Below, in pieces: positions 1-8,305 of a stretch of DNA of 39,115 nt (within the stretch, counting starts at the first letter, position 1; every line of letters begins with the position of its first letter). The translations under genes and the position numbers were made by a program. Source of the DNA: a virus (lineage: Duplodnaviria > Caudoviricetes); IMG/VR virus record IMGVR_UViG_3300017655_000254, positions 1-39,115 of that record; one strand, 5' to 3'. The notes beneath the pieces are model-generated. The model saw only the letters and a list, made by a program, of their open reading frames with translations. It did not search any database and was not told the origin of the DNA.

Positions 1-1134
1 GTGGAATATCGAGCCCATAAATCGAAGTTGAGAAAGTACCGCGCCTTTGTCGATTGGACCATCGGCGGGGAGCGGAAACGGAAATACTTCACGTCGCACG
101 AGACGGCAAAGGGTTGGGCCGCCGACAAGAACCGGCATGTCTTGAACGTCGGCATCAACTCCGCCGTCTTGTCGGATCGGCTCCGGGTTCAAGCGCAAGA
201 AGCCGACGTGATGCTCCAACCCTACGGGAAGAGCATCATCGACGCCGTGAAATTTGCGGTCAGCCATTGGGAGGTTGCGAAGAACTCGCAGAAGGTGAGT
301 CACGTCATTAAAAAGCTCCTTGAAGAGAAGGAGAAGATGCGGAAGCAGGGGCTCCGGGGTGGAAGCGAGCGGTATTGCATCGACTTGAAATTGCGGCTCG
401 GTCGGTTTGCGAAGACGTACGGCGGTGCGAAGATTTCTGAAATTACGAGATCCCAGATTCGCGAATGGCTCGAAGGACTCTCCGGCGGCCCAGCCAACCG
501 GAACAACTGCCAAAGGGCGTTGTCGGTCTTGTGGGAGTACGCCCGGCATCGGGATTGGTGCAAAGGCAATCCCGTCAAGGAAATCAAGAAAAGCGAGACC
601 CCGGCGTCGAAGATTGAAATCTTGACCGTGCTGCAAACGGCCAAGCTGCTCGCGGGTGCGCCCCCGCATATTGTGCCGCATCTCGCCATCGGCCTATTTT
701 GCGGATTGCGCCGGTCGGAATTGGCGAGAGTGGGGCCGACAAGCGTCAAACTTGAATCCGGCTTGGTGGAAGTGAGCGTGACGAAAACGAAGGGGGCCGC
801 CCGGCGCTTCGTCCGCATCCGGCAGAACCTCCGCGCGTGGCTCCTGGGGTGCGGGCCCGTTGTTGACCTGACGCCGAACCAGTTCCGGGAAGGGCTCGAC
901 TCCGCCATCAAAGAATCGGGAATCAAGCGGTGGCCGAACAATGCCATGCGCCATTCTTTTTGCTCCTACGCCCTTGCCCATGATCGAAATCTCAACGACT
1001 TGACCCTCGAAATGGGCCACACCAACCCGCATACGATCTTCGCGCATTACCGGGAGCTTGTGACGCCCGCTGACGCCGCGGCTTATTGGCGGCTGACTCC
1101 GGCTAGGGCCGCCGCGCTTTCGGGCCGTCCGTAG
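1..1134 (+). CDS. int: Tyrosine recombinase / phage integrase
   Basis: Catalytic motifs GLRRSEL (R), KTK (K), AMRHSF (HxxR position, here NAMR), MGH and C-terminal HY; N-terminal arm-binding-like and SAM-like regions. Confidence 0.93.
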   Translation: MEYRAHKSKLRKYRAFVDWTIGGERKRKYFTSHETAKGWAADKNRHVLNVGINSAVLSDRLRVQAQEADVMLQPYGKSIIDAVKFAVSHWEVAKNSQKVSHVIKKLLEEKEKMRKQGLRGGSERYCIDLKLRLGRFAKTYGGAKISEITRSQIREWLEGLSGGPANRNNCQRALSVLWEYARHRDWCKGNPVKEIKKSETPASKIEILTVLQTAKLLAGAPPHIVPHLAIGLFCGLRRSELARVGPTSVKLESGLVEVSVTKTKGAARRFVRIRQNLRAWLLGCGPVVDLTPNQFREGLDSAIKESGIKRWPNNAMRHSFCSYALAHDRNLNDLTLEMGHTNPHTIFAHYRELVTPADAAAYWRLTPARAAALSGRP

Positions 1135-1181
1135 ACTCACGTTTCGGCCCCGCTTTTTCTGGCATCAAAAAGACCCATTTC

Positions 1182-1230
1182 ATTCTCATTCTCACGCCCC
1201 CTAAAGGGATGCGTGTGAGAATGAGAATTT
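1182..1230. repeat. 49-bp hairpin element, copy 1 (exact inverted repeat of 15601-15649)
   Basis: ATTCTCATTCTCACGCCCCCTAAAGGGATGCGTGTGAGAATGAGAATTT is the reverse complement of 15601-15649; it has 14-bp internal arms ATTCTCATTCTCAC/GTGAGAATGAGAAT. Confidence 0.95.
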
Positions 1231-1298
1231 CATAGGGTCTTTGCAGCCGTGGCTTTGATCTTTTGGGAAACCTCGCAGAATTCCGAGGCGGTAGAATG

Positions 1299-1586
1299 TC
1301 AGTTGTTATGAACACTCTCAAAAGCTCGGAGATTGGCGAAAGCCTTGCGACCATCGGAGTTGACCTTGTGCCCATTGGTGGCACACCAGGCCGGAAAAGT
1401 TGCCGGATCAATTTCAGCACGAACAATTCGAAGGCCGTCACCCGTGAGTTTCTTGAATCCTCTTTCGGCGGCTGCAAGCCAATCGTCGTAAACTGGCGGG
1501 AGGGCTTTGCCGTCGTCCATGATTTGCCGGATTGAGTCGTAGTCTTCCCTACGATACCACGCCATTCCTACTACTTGAATTTTCAT
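1299..1586 (-). CDS. Hypothetical protein (95 aa, WY.REDY...LP..YDDWL type)
   Basis: Protein-like ORF directly downstream of 1596-1955 on the same strand; function unknown. Confidence 0.75.
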   Translation of the reverse strand: MKIQVVGMAWYRREDYDSIRQIMDDGKALPPVYDDWLAAAERGFKKLTGDGLRIVRAEIDPATFPAWCATNGHKVNSDGRKAFANLRAFESVHNN

Positions 1587-1595
1587 AGCGGGGGG

Positions 1596-1955
1596 TCACT
1601 CTTCCATTTTCCAAGAGCCATCTGGTTGCCTGACGGCTTTGTCGCCGAAATCGAGTTCCTTTCTTTTCGGACCGTGCAGCTCAAGCCATGATTTAACCTC
1701 TTGGTCGATCATCATCTTTTGCATTCTGTAGCTCTCTGGGAACATTTCCGCCATATTCGCTTTGATCTTTTTCAAAACAGCGGGAGGCACGCCGGTATCA
1801 TCTTCGTTGTTGGCGACGGCTTCGGCTTTTGCCAACAGTTTCTCAAGAGCGGCTACCCGCTTTTCGAGATCGGCGAGCCGCTTTTCCTGACTGTCGGCTA
1901 GGGCTGGCATGGAGAGTGCAGCGAGGGCGAGGGCGGCAAATAAAATCCTTTTCAT
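1596..1955 (-). CDS. Exported coiled-coil protein with a gpD-like C-terminal peptide
   Basis: Sec signal MKRILFAALALAALSMPALA (ATG at 1955), coiled coil RLADLEKRVAALEKLL, C-terminal LDFGDKAVRQPDGSWK. Confidence 0.8.
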   Translation of the reverse strand: MKRILFAALALAALSMPALADSQEKRLADLEKRVAALEKLLAKAEAVANNEDDTGVPPAVLKKIKANMAEMFPESYRMQKMMIDQEVKSWLELHGPKRKELDFGDKAVRQPDGSWKMEE

Positions 1956-2029
1956 GGTGAGCAATGCCTTTAGCGGGGATTCTCCCGTAGGTCGAGCAGG
2001 AAAAAATCGCAACGTCCCGTATTTTTTCC

Positions 2030-2058
2030 TTGTAAAAAACTAGGGCGTCCCCCATGCT
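2030..2058 (+). promoter_or_regulatory. Putative sigma70-type early promoter
   Basis: TTGTAA-17 bp-CATGCT in the AT-rich gap between the divergent transcription units. Confidence 0.45.
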
Positions 2059-2112
2059 GCTTTCAGTTCCGAGGGTAACCGATCTTTACGAAGACGCGCC
2101 AACCTCCCGAAT

Positions 2113-2301
2113 GTGACGAAGAAAAAAGCGAATCCGATGAAGGGGGGGAGAAAACCGATTCCGAAAGAAGATCGGGTGGTGCCTCTCAACCTATCGGTAA
2201 AACCAGCAACCAGAGATCGCTTCAAGGGACTGGCGAAAGAGCTAAAGCTCTCAATGCCAAAGACCTTGGAGCATTTGATGGACGAAAACGAAAAGCGGTA
2301 A
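2113..2301 (+). CDS. Small ribbon-helix-helix-like DNA-binding protein
   Basis: GRKP basic motif, beta-strand VPLNLSV, then helices RDRFKGLAKELKLSMPKTLEHLMD. Confidence 0.6.
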   Translation: MTKKKANPMKGGRKPIPKEDRVVPLNLSVKPATRDRFKGLAKELKLSMPKTLEHLMDENEKR

Positions 2302-2308
2302 ACAAAGA

Positions 2309-2339
2309 CCCCGTAGGCGTGTACTAGACGCCTACGGGG
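2309..2339 (+). terminator. 12-bp GC-rich stem-loop (terminator or attenuator-like)
   Basis: CCCCGTAGGCGT-gtactag-ACGCCTACGGGG right after the RHH stop; no U-tract on the + strand. Confidence 0.45.
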
Positions 2340-2351
2340 CAGATACGAACG

Positions 2352-2507
2352 ATGACGCGCAAAACCCCATCGTCCGCAAGGGCAATCCTTACGCCCGAAA
2401 CCGGGCAAAACGCAAGCACGAAAACCCCGCAGAAGAACCCTTTCGCCAGAATGGACATTCTTCCCGGCGTGAAATACTTCCATGCTTTCGCGGGGGGTGC
2501 GGCATGA
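2352..2507 (+). CDS. Possible 51-aa leader protein (not in the ORF track)
   Basis: Open frame MTRKTPSS...HAFAGGAA* whose TGA overlaps the Bro-N ATG (ATGA). Confidence 0.3.
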   Translation: MTRKTPSSARAILTPETGQNASTKTPQKNPFARMDILPGVKYFHAFAGGAA

Positions 2508-3271
2508 GCGCCCTCCTTTCCCTTCAAGACTTTGCCGGAAACCCGATCAGGGTCTACGGATCGCCCGACTCTCCGCTCTTCGTCGCCGCTGATGTTTGCC
2601 GGGTGTTGGAAATCCAGAACGTCACCCAGGCCGTTGATCGTCTCGATGAAGATGAACGGTCTATGTTGAGCATAGGGCGTCAGGGTGAAGCCAACGTCGT
2701 CACAGAATCGGGCCTCTATGCCCTCATTCTTCGATGCCGGGACGCGATGACGCCGGGAACTAACGCCCACCGCTTCCGCAAATGGGTCACGTCCGAAGTT
2801 CTCCCGGCGATCCGGCAGACGGGCCGTTACCAAGCCCAGCAAGCGCTTCCCGCCCCGCAACAGGCATTACCGGCCCCTCAACCGTCTATCGTCGATAGCG
2901 AACCCGTCAAGGAACTCTTCGCGCTCATGGCGAAGCTTCGGAAGGGCGGCGTGTCCCATGATGCCGCCGCCCAGGTCGCAAGCGAGATGGTCCGGTCAAT
3001 GGCAAATCGTCGAGCGCAACAGGGGCGTGCGCCAAAGCCTCCGATGCTTCCGAAGCCGAAGCCGAAGCCTGACTATGCCGCGCCGATGATCGAGATCGTT
3101 CGGGAGGCCGTACATATTACGTCGCTCGACCTGCTCGGTCTTTGGTGTCTGAAAACCGGTCGCGCTCGCTCGATGGGTTACCGCACGATCCAACAGCTAC
3201 TCAAAGCTGGTCGGCTCAAGGTTACCGACGAGCACGGCCCCGGCTCGACCCGCATCATCGCCCTTCCGTAA
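2504..3271 (+). CDS. Bro-N domain antirepressor-like protein
   Basis: Bro-N motifs FVAADVCRVLEI, VTESGLYALILR, FRKWVTSEVLPAIRQTGRY; Pro-rich linker with QQALPAP twice; possible C-terminal winged HTH. Confidence 0.9.
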   Translation: MSALLSLQDFAGNPIRVYGSPDSPLFVAADVCRVLEIQNVTQAVDRLDEDERSMLSIGRQGEANVVTESGLYALILRCRDAMTPGTNAHRFRKWVTSEVLPAIRQTGRYQAQQALPAPQQALPAPQPSIVDSEPVKELFALMAKLRKGGVSHDAAAQVASEMVRSMANRRAQQGRAPKPPMLPKPKPKPDYAAPMIEIVREAVHITSLDLLGLWCLKTGRARSMGYRTIQQLLKAGRLKVTDEHGPGSTRIIALP

Positions 3272-3332
3272 GCCCCTCCTCTGAAAACCGTTCCCCGCGA
3301 GCAACAAGGCTCCCCCTCGCCCTGATCCCGCC

Positions 3333-3554
3333 ATGAATGACCATGCACGTGCACTATTGCAGGTAGCCAAGGAAAACCCGTGGCTGCAATTCAGCATGGC
3401 TGATCTCTCGGCTCTAATGGGCATCCCGAAGACAACCCTTGAGATGATGAACAAGACCGAAGACTCCCCCTTCGTTTCCGGGCGCTCTCGGCCTGAACGG
3501 GTGTCGGCATGGTTGGACAATCACCTTGGATGGAAGCCATCCGCAGAAAAGTAA
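3333..3554 (+). CDS. Small HTH-like protein (AlpA/Xis-like)
   Basis: FSMADLSALMGIPKTTL helix-turn-helix pattern. Confidence 0.55.
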   Translation: MNDHARALLQVAKENPWLQFSMADLSALMGIPKTTLEMMNKTEDSPFVSGRSRPERVSAWLDNHLGWKPSAEK

Positions 3555-3560
3555 GTCAAC

Positions 3561-3605
3561 CCCTATTTCCACCGATATTCACCCTATTTCCACCGATATT
3601 CACCC
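3561..3605 (+). repeat. Tandem 21-bp direct repeat (2 copies plus CCC)
   Basis: CCCTATTTCCACCGATATTCA at 3561-3581 and 3582-3602, intergenic. Confidence 0.9.
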
Positions 3606-3679
3606 GTTTTTGCCTGATTTAGAAAAACAGCGAAAAAACCGGGCCTATAACAGAACCCAACGAAACGCAAACCGCGCCA

Positions 3680-3868
3680 ATGAACGTAAAGAATTACCTG
3701 ACAAAAAAAGATGTAGCCGCCCGCTTCGGCGTCTCTCTTCCAACGCTTGATAGCTGGATGAAGGCGCGAAGGATCGGACATCTCCGCATTGGCGGGCGCA
3801 TCTACTTCACTGAACGCCATGTAGCTAACTTTGAGAAGCGCTGCGAAGTCGAACCCATTGCACTATGA
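3680..3868 (+). CDS. Excisionase-like HTH_17 DNA-binding protein
   Basis: YLTKKDVAARFGVSLPTLDSWMKARRIGHLRIGGRIYF is the classic MerR-like excisionase pattern. Confidence 0.85.
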   Translation: MNVKNYLTKKDVAARFGVSLPTLDSWMKARRIGHLRIGGRIYFTERHVANFEKRCEVEPIAL

Positions 3869-4083
3869 ACACAATCGAAACCGAAGAACTTAAATCAGTG
3901 TTCGCCGACCTGCTCGGCGAACCAAACGCAGAATGGAGGCTGGTCGAGCTTGTGACCGCATGGTCGAAGCGCACCGGCAAGCCCTTCCGTGATGGAAGCG
4001 CCCTTATCAACGGGATGTGGCGAAGCGGCGAGGTAGCAATCATCGGCCAGCGCGTCGAACTCATTAAGGGGGGAATCATCTGA
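3865..4083 (+). CDS. Hypothetical protein
   Basis: ATGA overlap with the previous gene and TGATG coupling to the next. Confidence 0.65.
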   Translation: MNTIETEELKSVFADLLGEPNAEWRLVELVTAWSKRTGKPFRDGSALINGMWRSGEVAIIGQRVELIKGGII

Positions 4084-4364
4084 TGCCTCACGAAGTTACC
4101 CTTCGCGCTCCTGTCTACGCCTTCCAGTGTTACGGCGTCCACGAAGCCAAGCAACTCGGGTTGATCGACTCATGGGAGAGGCCAGGCACCCACGCGCCGG
4201 TGTCGACACAGTTCGAGCACGGCGAGGGCAAGCTCCTTCATGACTGGATTGCCAACATGCCGGACGCGATCCTTGTTGCGACGGCCCGCTACGGAATCAC
4301 CGTCTATCGCCCGAAGAGCCGACTTTTGTCGGTTCCCGAAGAAGAGGAGGAAGGCAATGAATAG
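4083..4364 (+). CDS. Hypothetical protein
   Basis: Translationally coupled ORF with an acidic tail. Confidence 0.65.
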   Translation: MPHEVTLRAPVYAFQCYGVHEAKQLGLIDSWERPGTHAPVSTQFEHGEGKLLHDWIANMPDAILVATARYGITVYRPKSRLLSVPEEEEEGNE

Positions 4365-4590
4365 TCAGGAGTTCGCCCTCTTCCGTTGGCACGGTAAAGA
4401 CGATGGATTCGTTGAGTTCTTCGCGCCGATCACCCGCGACAACGGAATCACCTGGATTCATATTTCACGCGCCTTCGACTCCACCTTTGAAAGCATGAAG
4501 TCGCAAGCGACTCGAATCTATGAAGTCACGGGCTCTCTGGTCAGCCCAAAATCTTTCAAGCTTATCTATGATTGTTCCCCTTCTCTTTAG
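4357..4590 (+). CDS. Hypothetical protein
   Basis: ATG at 4357 preceded by GAGGAGGAAGG; overlaps the upstream stop. Confidence 0.55.
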   Translation: MNSQEFALFRWHGKDDGFVEFFAPITRDNGITWIHISRAFDSTFESMKSQATRIYEVTGSLVSPKSFKLIYDCSPSL

Positions 4591-4713
4591 CGCCTTCGCT
4601 TGGACCGCAATCGTGTTTTCCATTGGCTATTCAACCGGCAAGGGAAAGCGTCCCGCACAAAGGAAAATCTTCGAACCCTACTACTTCCGGGGCTAACAAC
4701 CCAAACATCTCCC

Positions 4714-5766
4714 ATGTCTACACCTACCCCAATCAACCGCGCCCTTGCCTACTTGGATAGCTTGCCGGTGGATCATGAGCTTGAAAAGGCCCGTGCTCTC
4801 ATGGTCGGCTACGACCTTCGATGGTACAAAAAGTATCGCTTCTATAAGGTGATCGCGGTCGAGGAAGAATTTCGTTTTCCACTCCTCAACCCCGAAACCG
4901 AAGGGATGTCGAAGACCTTCGACGAGGGCGGGAAGATCGACGCGATCTTGCAGCACGAAGACAGCGGTCGCTACCTTGTGCTTGAGCATAAGACAACCGC
5001 CGAATCTGTCGCGCCCGATAGCGACTACTGGCACCGCTTGGCGATGGACACGCAAAGCAGCAAGTACATTCTCGCCCTCAAGCAAAGGGGGCTGGACGTC
5101 GGCAACCTGCTTCACGACGTCATTAAAAAGCCAGGATCGCGGCCCCGTCAAATTCCAATCCTCGATAGCGACGGCGTCAAGATCGTGCTCGATGCCAACG
5201 GCGAGCGCGTGAAAACGAAGGACGGCAAGAAGTGGCGTGAGAGCGCCAGCACAGGCGACGGTTACGTTTTGCAGACCCGACAGGAAACCCCGGAAGAATA
5301 CGGCGCACGGCTCGAAGAGGAAATCACCAGCAATCTCGACGACTACTTCGCGCAACGCGAGGTTCCCCGGCTCGACGCCGACTTGCTCGAATACATGGGC
5401 GACGCCTGGGCGCAGTCGCAACAGATTCTTCACTACCGGAGATTCAACCTCTGGCCCAGGAACCCGAGCGCGTGCTCTCTCTTTGGTCAGTGTGAGTTTT
5501 ACGACCTTTGCACCGGGCGGGCGTCGGTCGACGGCATCCGCTTCCGCGAAAAGGGCCGCAAGCATAGTGAACTTGAAATGGAAGAGGGCGAAAGGGAACT
5601 GTTGACGAACTCCCGTTTGACGGCTCTCCGCAAATGCGCTCGTTACCATTACCACCGCTACGAAAAGCCGATTGAGCCGACGAAGGAAGAGAGCGAAGCG
5701 CTTCGGTTCGGAACGCTCATGCACAAGGCTTTTGAGATTTACTTTAAGTCGATGATGGTCGGCTAA
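4714..5766 (+). CDS. PD-(D/E)XK exonuclease (RecB/AddB/Cas4-like, predicted Fe-S), apparently circularly permuted
   Basis: AVEEEF, GKIDAIL and VLEHKT catalytic motifs; CxxxxxCxxxxxC cluster; the usual N-terminal motif (TNSRL...C...Y...ALRFG...H) lies at the C-terminus. Confidence 0.85.
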   Translation: MSTPTPINRALAYLDSLPVDHELEKARALMVGYDLRWYKKYRFYKVIAVEEEFRFPLLNPETEGMSKTFDEGGKIDAILQHEDSGRYLVLEHKTTAESVAPDSDYWHRLAMDTQSSKYILALKQRGLDVGNLLHDVIKKPGSRPRQIPILDSDGVKIVLDANGERVKTKDGKKWRESASTGDGYVLQTRQETPEEYGARLEEEITSNLDDYFAQREVPRLDADLLEYMGDAWAQSQQILHYRRFNLWPRNPSACSLFGQCEFYDLCTGRASVDGIRFREKGRKHSELEMEEGERELLTNSRLTALRKCARYHYHRYEKPIEPTKEESEALRFGTLMHKAFEIYFKSMMVG

Positions 5767-5770
5767 AGCT

Positions 5771-5866
5771 TTGATCCGGTCACGGGGTAAATAGTGCGCC
5801 GCTCGAAACGGTAGTCAACTCCATCGCCCGCCTCCGTAACCAAATAAAAGCGGGGCACCGGATCAA
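5771..5866 (+). ncRNA. Candidate structured intergenic RNA
   Basis: Perfect 10-bp closing stem TTGATCCGGT/ACCGGATCAA enclosing three short potential hairpins. Confidence 0.3.
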
Positions 5867-6028
5867 TCTCTCATGGGTTAAGAAAGGAGGGTTATCTATA
5901 TGTAAACTCAAATCGTGTCGGTGTTTTTCATGCTCCATAGCCTTTCCGGTGGGTGGTTAAACCGGACCTTTTTCCAATCTCTAAACGGCGTCCCTCGCGC
6001 CTGGCCCCCCGGCCCCTGCTTTACTGTT

Positions 6029-6337
6029 ATGTTTTCGGACCCAAACCCCGCACAATACGAAGTGCTTAAACCCTACATCACGCCGCGCGTTCAAGAGCTT
6101 GTTCGCGGTCGGCTCCTGGAGGGGCTGCGGTTCTTCGACAAGCGCGTTCTCCGACCGGAGTACAGCCGCGCGGAGGTGAAGCTCGCGCTTCTCTTGATCC
6201 GAATCGCCAACCCTCAAGAAACACTGGTCACCGAAGAGTTCCGCATCTTGGAGCGCCTTCCCCAGATCAACCCCACATCAAAACCAGCCCGGTCAACGGG
6301 CCGCAAGAACGTCAAATCACCTACCGAGGAACGGTAG
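6029..6337 (+). CDS. Hypothetical protein
   Basis: ORF from ATG 6029 (MFSDPNP...) with phage-like codon usage; start uncertain. Confidence 0.55.
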   Translation: MFSDPNPAQYEVLKPYITPRVQELVRGRLLEGLRFFDKRVLRPEYSRAEVKLALLLIRIANPQETLVTEEFRILERLPQINPTSKPARSTGRKNVKSPTEER

Positions 6338-6389
6338 CATCTTTGCTCCCTATGTCGGGGCGCAGAAACCCACACTAACAAAGAACAAT

Positions 6390-6821
6390 ATGAACATCAC
6401 AGCAACACAGCTCAAATACGCCAGGGAACGAATCTACCAGATCGCGGAGACGAAGACCCGGCGCTTCGTCAAGGCGCTCCCAACGGTCCCCGATTTCGAC
6501 AGCGAAATTGAAAAGCTCATCGACTCCGGCACGGCGAAGCTTCGCGCCAAAGAGGCCATTCTTCGCGCCTATCAGCAGTCGGGCCGTCGCTATATCGAGA
6601 TTGAAAAGGTGTTCGATTTCGGCGACCTCAAAGAGCGATGCCAGGCCGCCGCCGACCTGCATCAATCGCAGAGGGAGCAGATCAAGCGGAAGGTCAACCG
6701 GTACGCAAACCGGATTATCGACGACCTCGTCACCGGCAAGCAAGCCGAACTGGACGTTGCTATTGAAGCAATGCTCAAGCTGAACAGCGTCGACGTGACC
6801 AGCGAAGGGAGCGAAGAATAA
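6390..6821 (+). CDS. Hypothetical helical protein
   Basis: 143-aa ORF coupled by TAATG to the ATPase gene. Confidence 0.75.
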   Translation: MNITATQLKYARERIYQIAETKTRRFVKALPTVPDFDSEIEKLIDSGTAKLRAKEAILRAYQQSGRRYIEIEKVFDFGDLKERCQAAADLHQSQREQIKRKVNRYANRIIDDLVTGKQAELDVAIEAMLKLNSVDVTSEGSEE

Positions 6822-7762
6822 TGAGCTACCTTTCAAAGATCAAGAAGGGCGCTGTCGACCTTCCCCCGCGCGTGGTCCTTTCCGGGCCGGAGGGAATCGG
6901 GAAATCTACCTTCGGAGCGAACGCGCCCGATCCCCTGTTCATCGCCGCCGAAGACGGCTTGACGGGTCTTGAACACATCAACCGGTTCACGCCGACCGAC
7001 TACAAGGAACTTCTCGGGTTCCTTGACGACATGGAGGCAGACGCGAACGTCCCGTTTAAGACGCTGGTCCTCGATACTGTCGACTGGCTCGAACGTCTGA
7101 TTCAGGGCCATTGTTGCAAGCGCGACAAGAAAGCCAACATCGAAGCCTACGGCTACGGGAAAGGCTATAAAATCGTCGAGCCCGAACTGGTTGCTTTGCT
7201 GGCTCAACTCGACCGCATCCGGCACAAGCACAAGGTAGCGATCATTATCCTTTCGCACGTCCACATCAAAAACCACACGCCTCCCGGCGGTGAGCCGTTC
7301 GACCGCTACGAAATGAAGGGGCACAAGGGCTTCACCGGCATCTTGCGCGAATGGCCCGACGCTTGCCTTTTCGCCGTCTACGAAACCTTCAAGACCGAAG
7401 ACGACGACGGCCACAAGAAGGTGATCGGCGGTGATCGCATCATGCATACCAGTTGGGCTCCCGGCTGGGACGCGAAGAATCGCTACAACCTGCCGGAAAT
7501 CCTCCCGCTCGACAAGGATCGCGGTTTCTTCGCCTTCCTGGAAGCGGTTGACGAGCATCGCAACCAGCCGGTCGTCAAGCCGACGAAGGAAGAGCTTTGC
7601 GACCAGATCAAGAACCTTCTCCCCCTCGCCACCTTCGCCAGCGAGGAAGACAAAGCCAAGGCAATCGCCTGGGCGGAAACCCTCGACAGTCAGCCAGTCG
7701 AGAAACTCGAAAGCGGGCTTAAATGGCTGCAAGCCCAGGTCGATAAAGAAGAAGAATCATGA
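6821..7762 (+). CDS. AAA_24 / Sak4-like ATPase (ssDNA annealing recombinase)
   Basis: Walker A GPEGIGKST, Walker B LVLDTVDWLE, GYGKGY and AKNRY motifs; lies between the exonuclease and the SSB. Confidence 0.88.
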   Translation: MSYLSKIKKGAVDLPPRVVLSGPEGIGKSTFGANAPDPLFIAAEDGLTGLEHINRFTPTDYKELLGFLDDMEADANVPFKTLVLDTVDWLERLIQGHCCKRDKKANIEAYGYGKGYKIVEPELVALLAQLDRIRHKHKVAIIILSHVHIKNHTPPGGEPFDRYEMKGHKGFTGILREWPDACLFAVYETFKTEDDDGHKKVIGGDRIMHTSWAPGWDAKNRYNLPEILPLDKDRGFFAFLEAVDEHRNQPVVKPTKEELCDQIKNLLPLATFASEEDKAKAIAWAETLDSQPVEKLESGLKWLQAQVDKEEES

Positions 7763-8277
7763 GCAAATACATTGATGCAGTCGGTAGCTTTCGCTGCCGC
7801 GTAGTTGAGCCGGAAGCAGGTTGGCTCGGGGAAACCGAAAAGGGAACGCCCTTTATTCGTATCCCGCTGACGGTTTCCGATGAAGAGAGCGACCAGAACG
7901 GAAACACGATCATCTACCAAGCCTACCTTTCCGACGCGGCTATCGACCGCACGGTCAAAGACTTGACGGAGGTCTTCGGATGGGACGGCGATCTGCAAGC
8001 GCTGGTGTCGGGCAACGCAACCTTTACCGACATGGAATGTGTGATCGTCACGGAAAGCGAGACCTACGAAGGGAAAGAGCGCATCCGCGTCAAGTTCCTC
8101 AACTCGATTCACCGGACGGCCCCGAAGCTTGATCAAGCGAAGGTTAATAGCCTTCTCGCCAAGCTGAACAGCCGCACGAAGGCTGTTGCAAAAGCGGCGG
8201 GCGGTTCGTCACCAGCGAAGCCCGCCGCGAAAGCTCCACCGAAGCCAGCGCCCGAGAAAGTCGACGCGCCCTTCTAA
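7759..8277 (+). CDS. Single-stranded DNA-binding protein (DUF669-like)
   Basis: Follows the Sak4-like gene; beta-rich core, ETYEGKERIRVKFLN, flexible tail ending DAPF. Confidence 0.75.
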   Translation: MSKYIDAVGSFRCRVVEPEAGWLGETEKGTPFIRIPLTVSDEESDQNGNTIIYQAYLSDAAIDRTVKDLTEVFGWDGDLQALVSGNATFTDMECVIVTESETYEGKERIRVKFLNSIHRTAPKLDQAKVNSLLAKLNSRTKAVAKAAGGSSPAKPAAKAPPKPAPEKVDAPF

Positions 8278-8305
8278 CCAACAACCAGAAAACCAGCATA
8301 GCAAT

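Noticed and set aside
1268-1281. Seventh copy of the late promoter motif (AAACCTCGCAGAAT)
   Set aside because: The core has a mismatch, there is no -10-like hexamer at 20-21 bp, and it would point antisense into an accessory gene.
1135-1298. attP/attL core next to the integrase
   Set aside because: No direct-repeat partner or tRNA 3' fragment is visible; the only repeat is inverted and internal, and the prophage ends lie outside the window.
3561-3605. Possible CRISPR mini-array
   Set aside because: The two copies are adjacent with no spacer, and there is no cas operon; the Cas4-like nuclease sits in a recombination module.
5771-5866. tRNA or pistol/twister ribozyme
   Set aside because: It lacks the T-loop GTTCRA and D-loop consensus; TAAATAG is present but the pistol P1/pseudoknot pairing could not be built.
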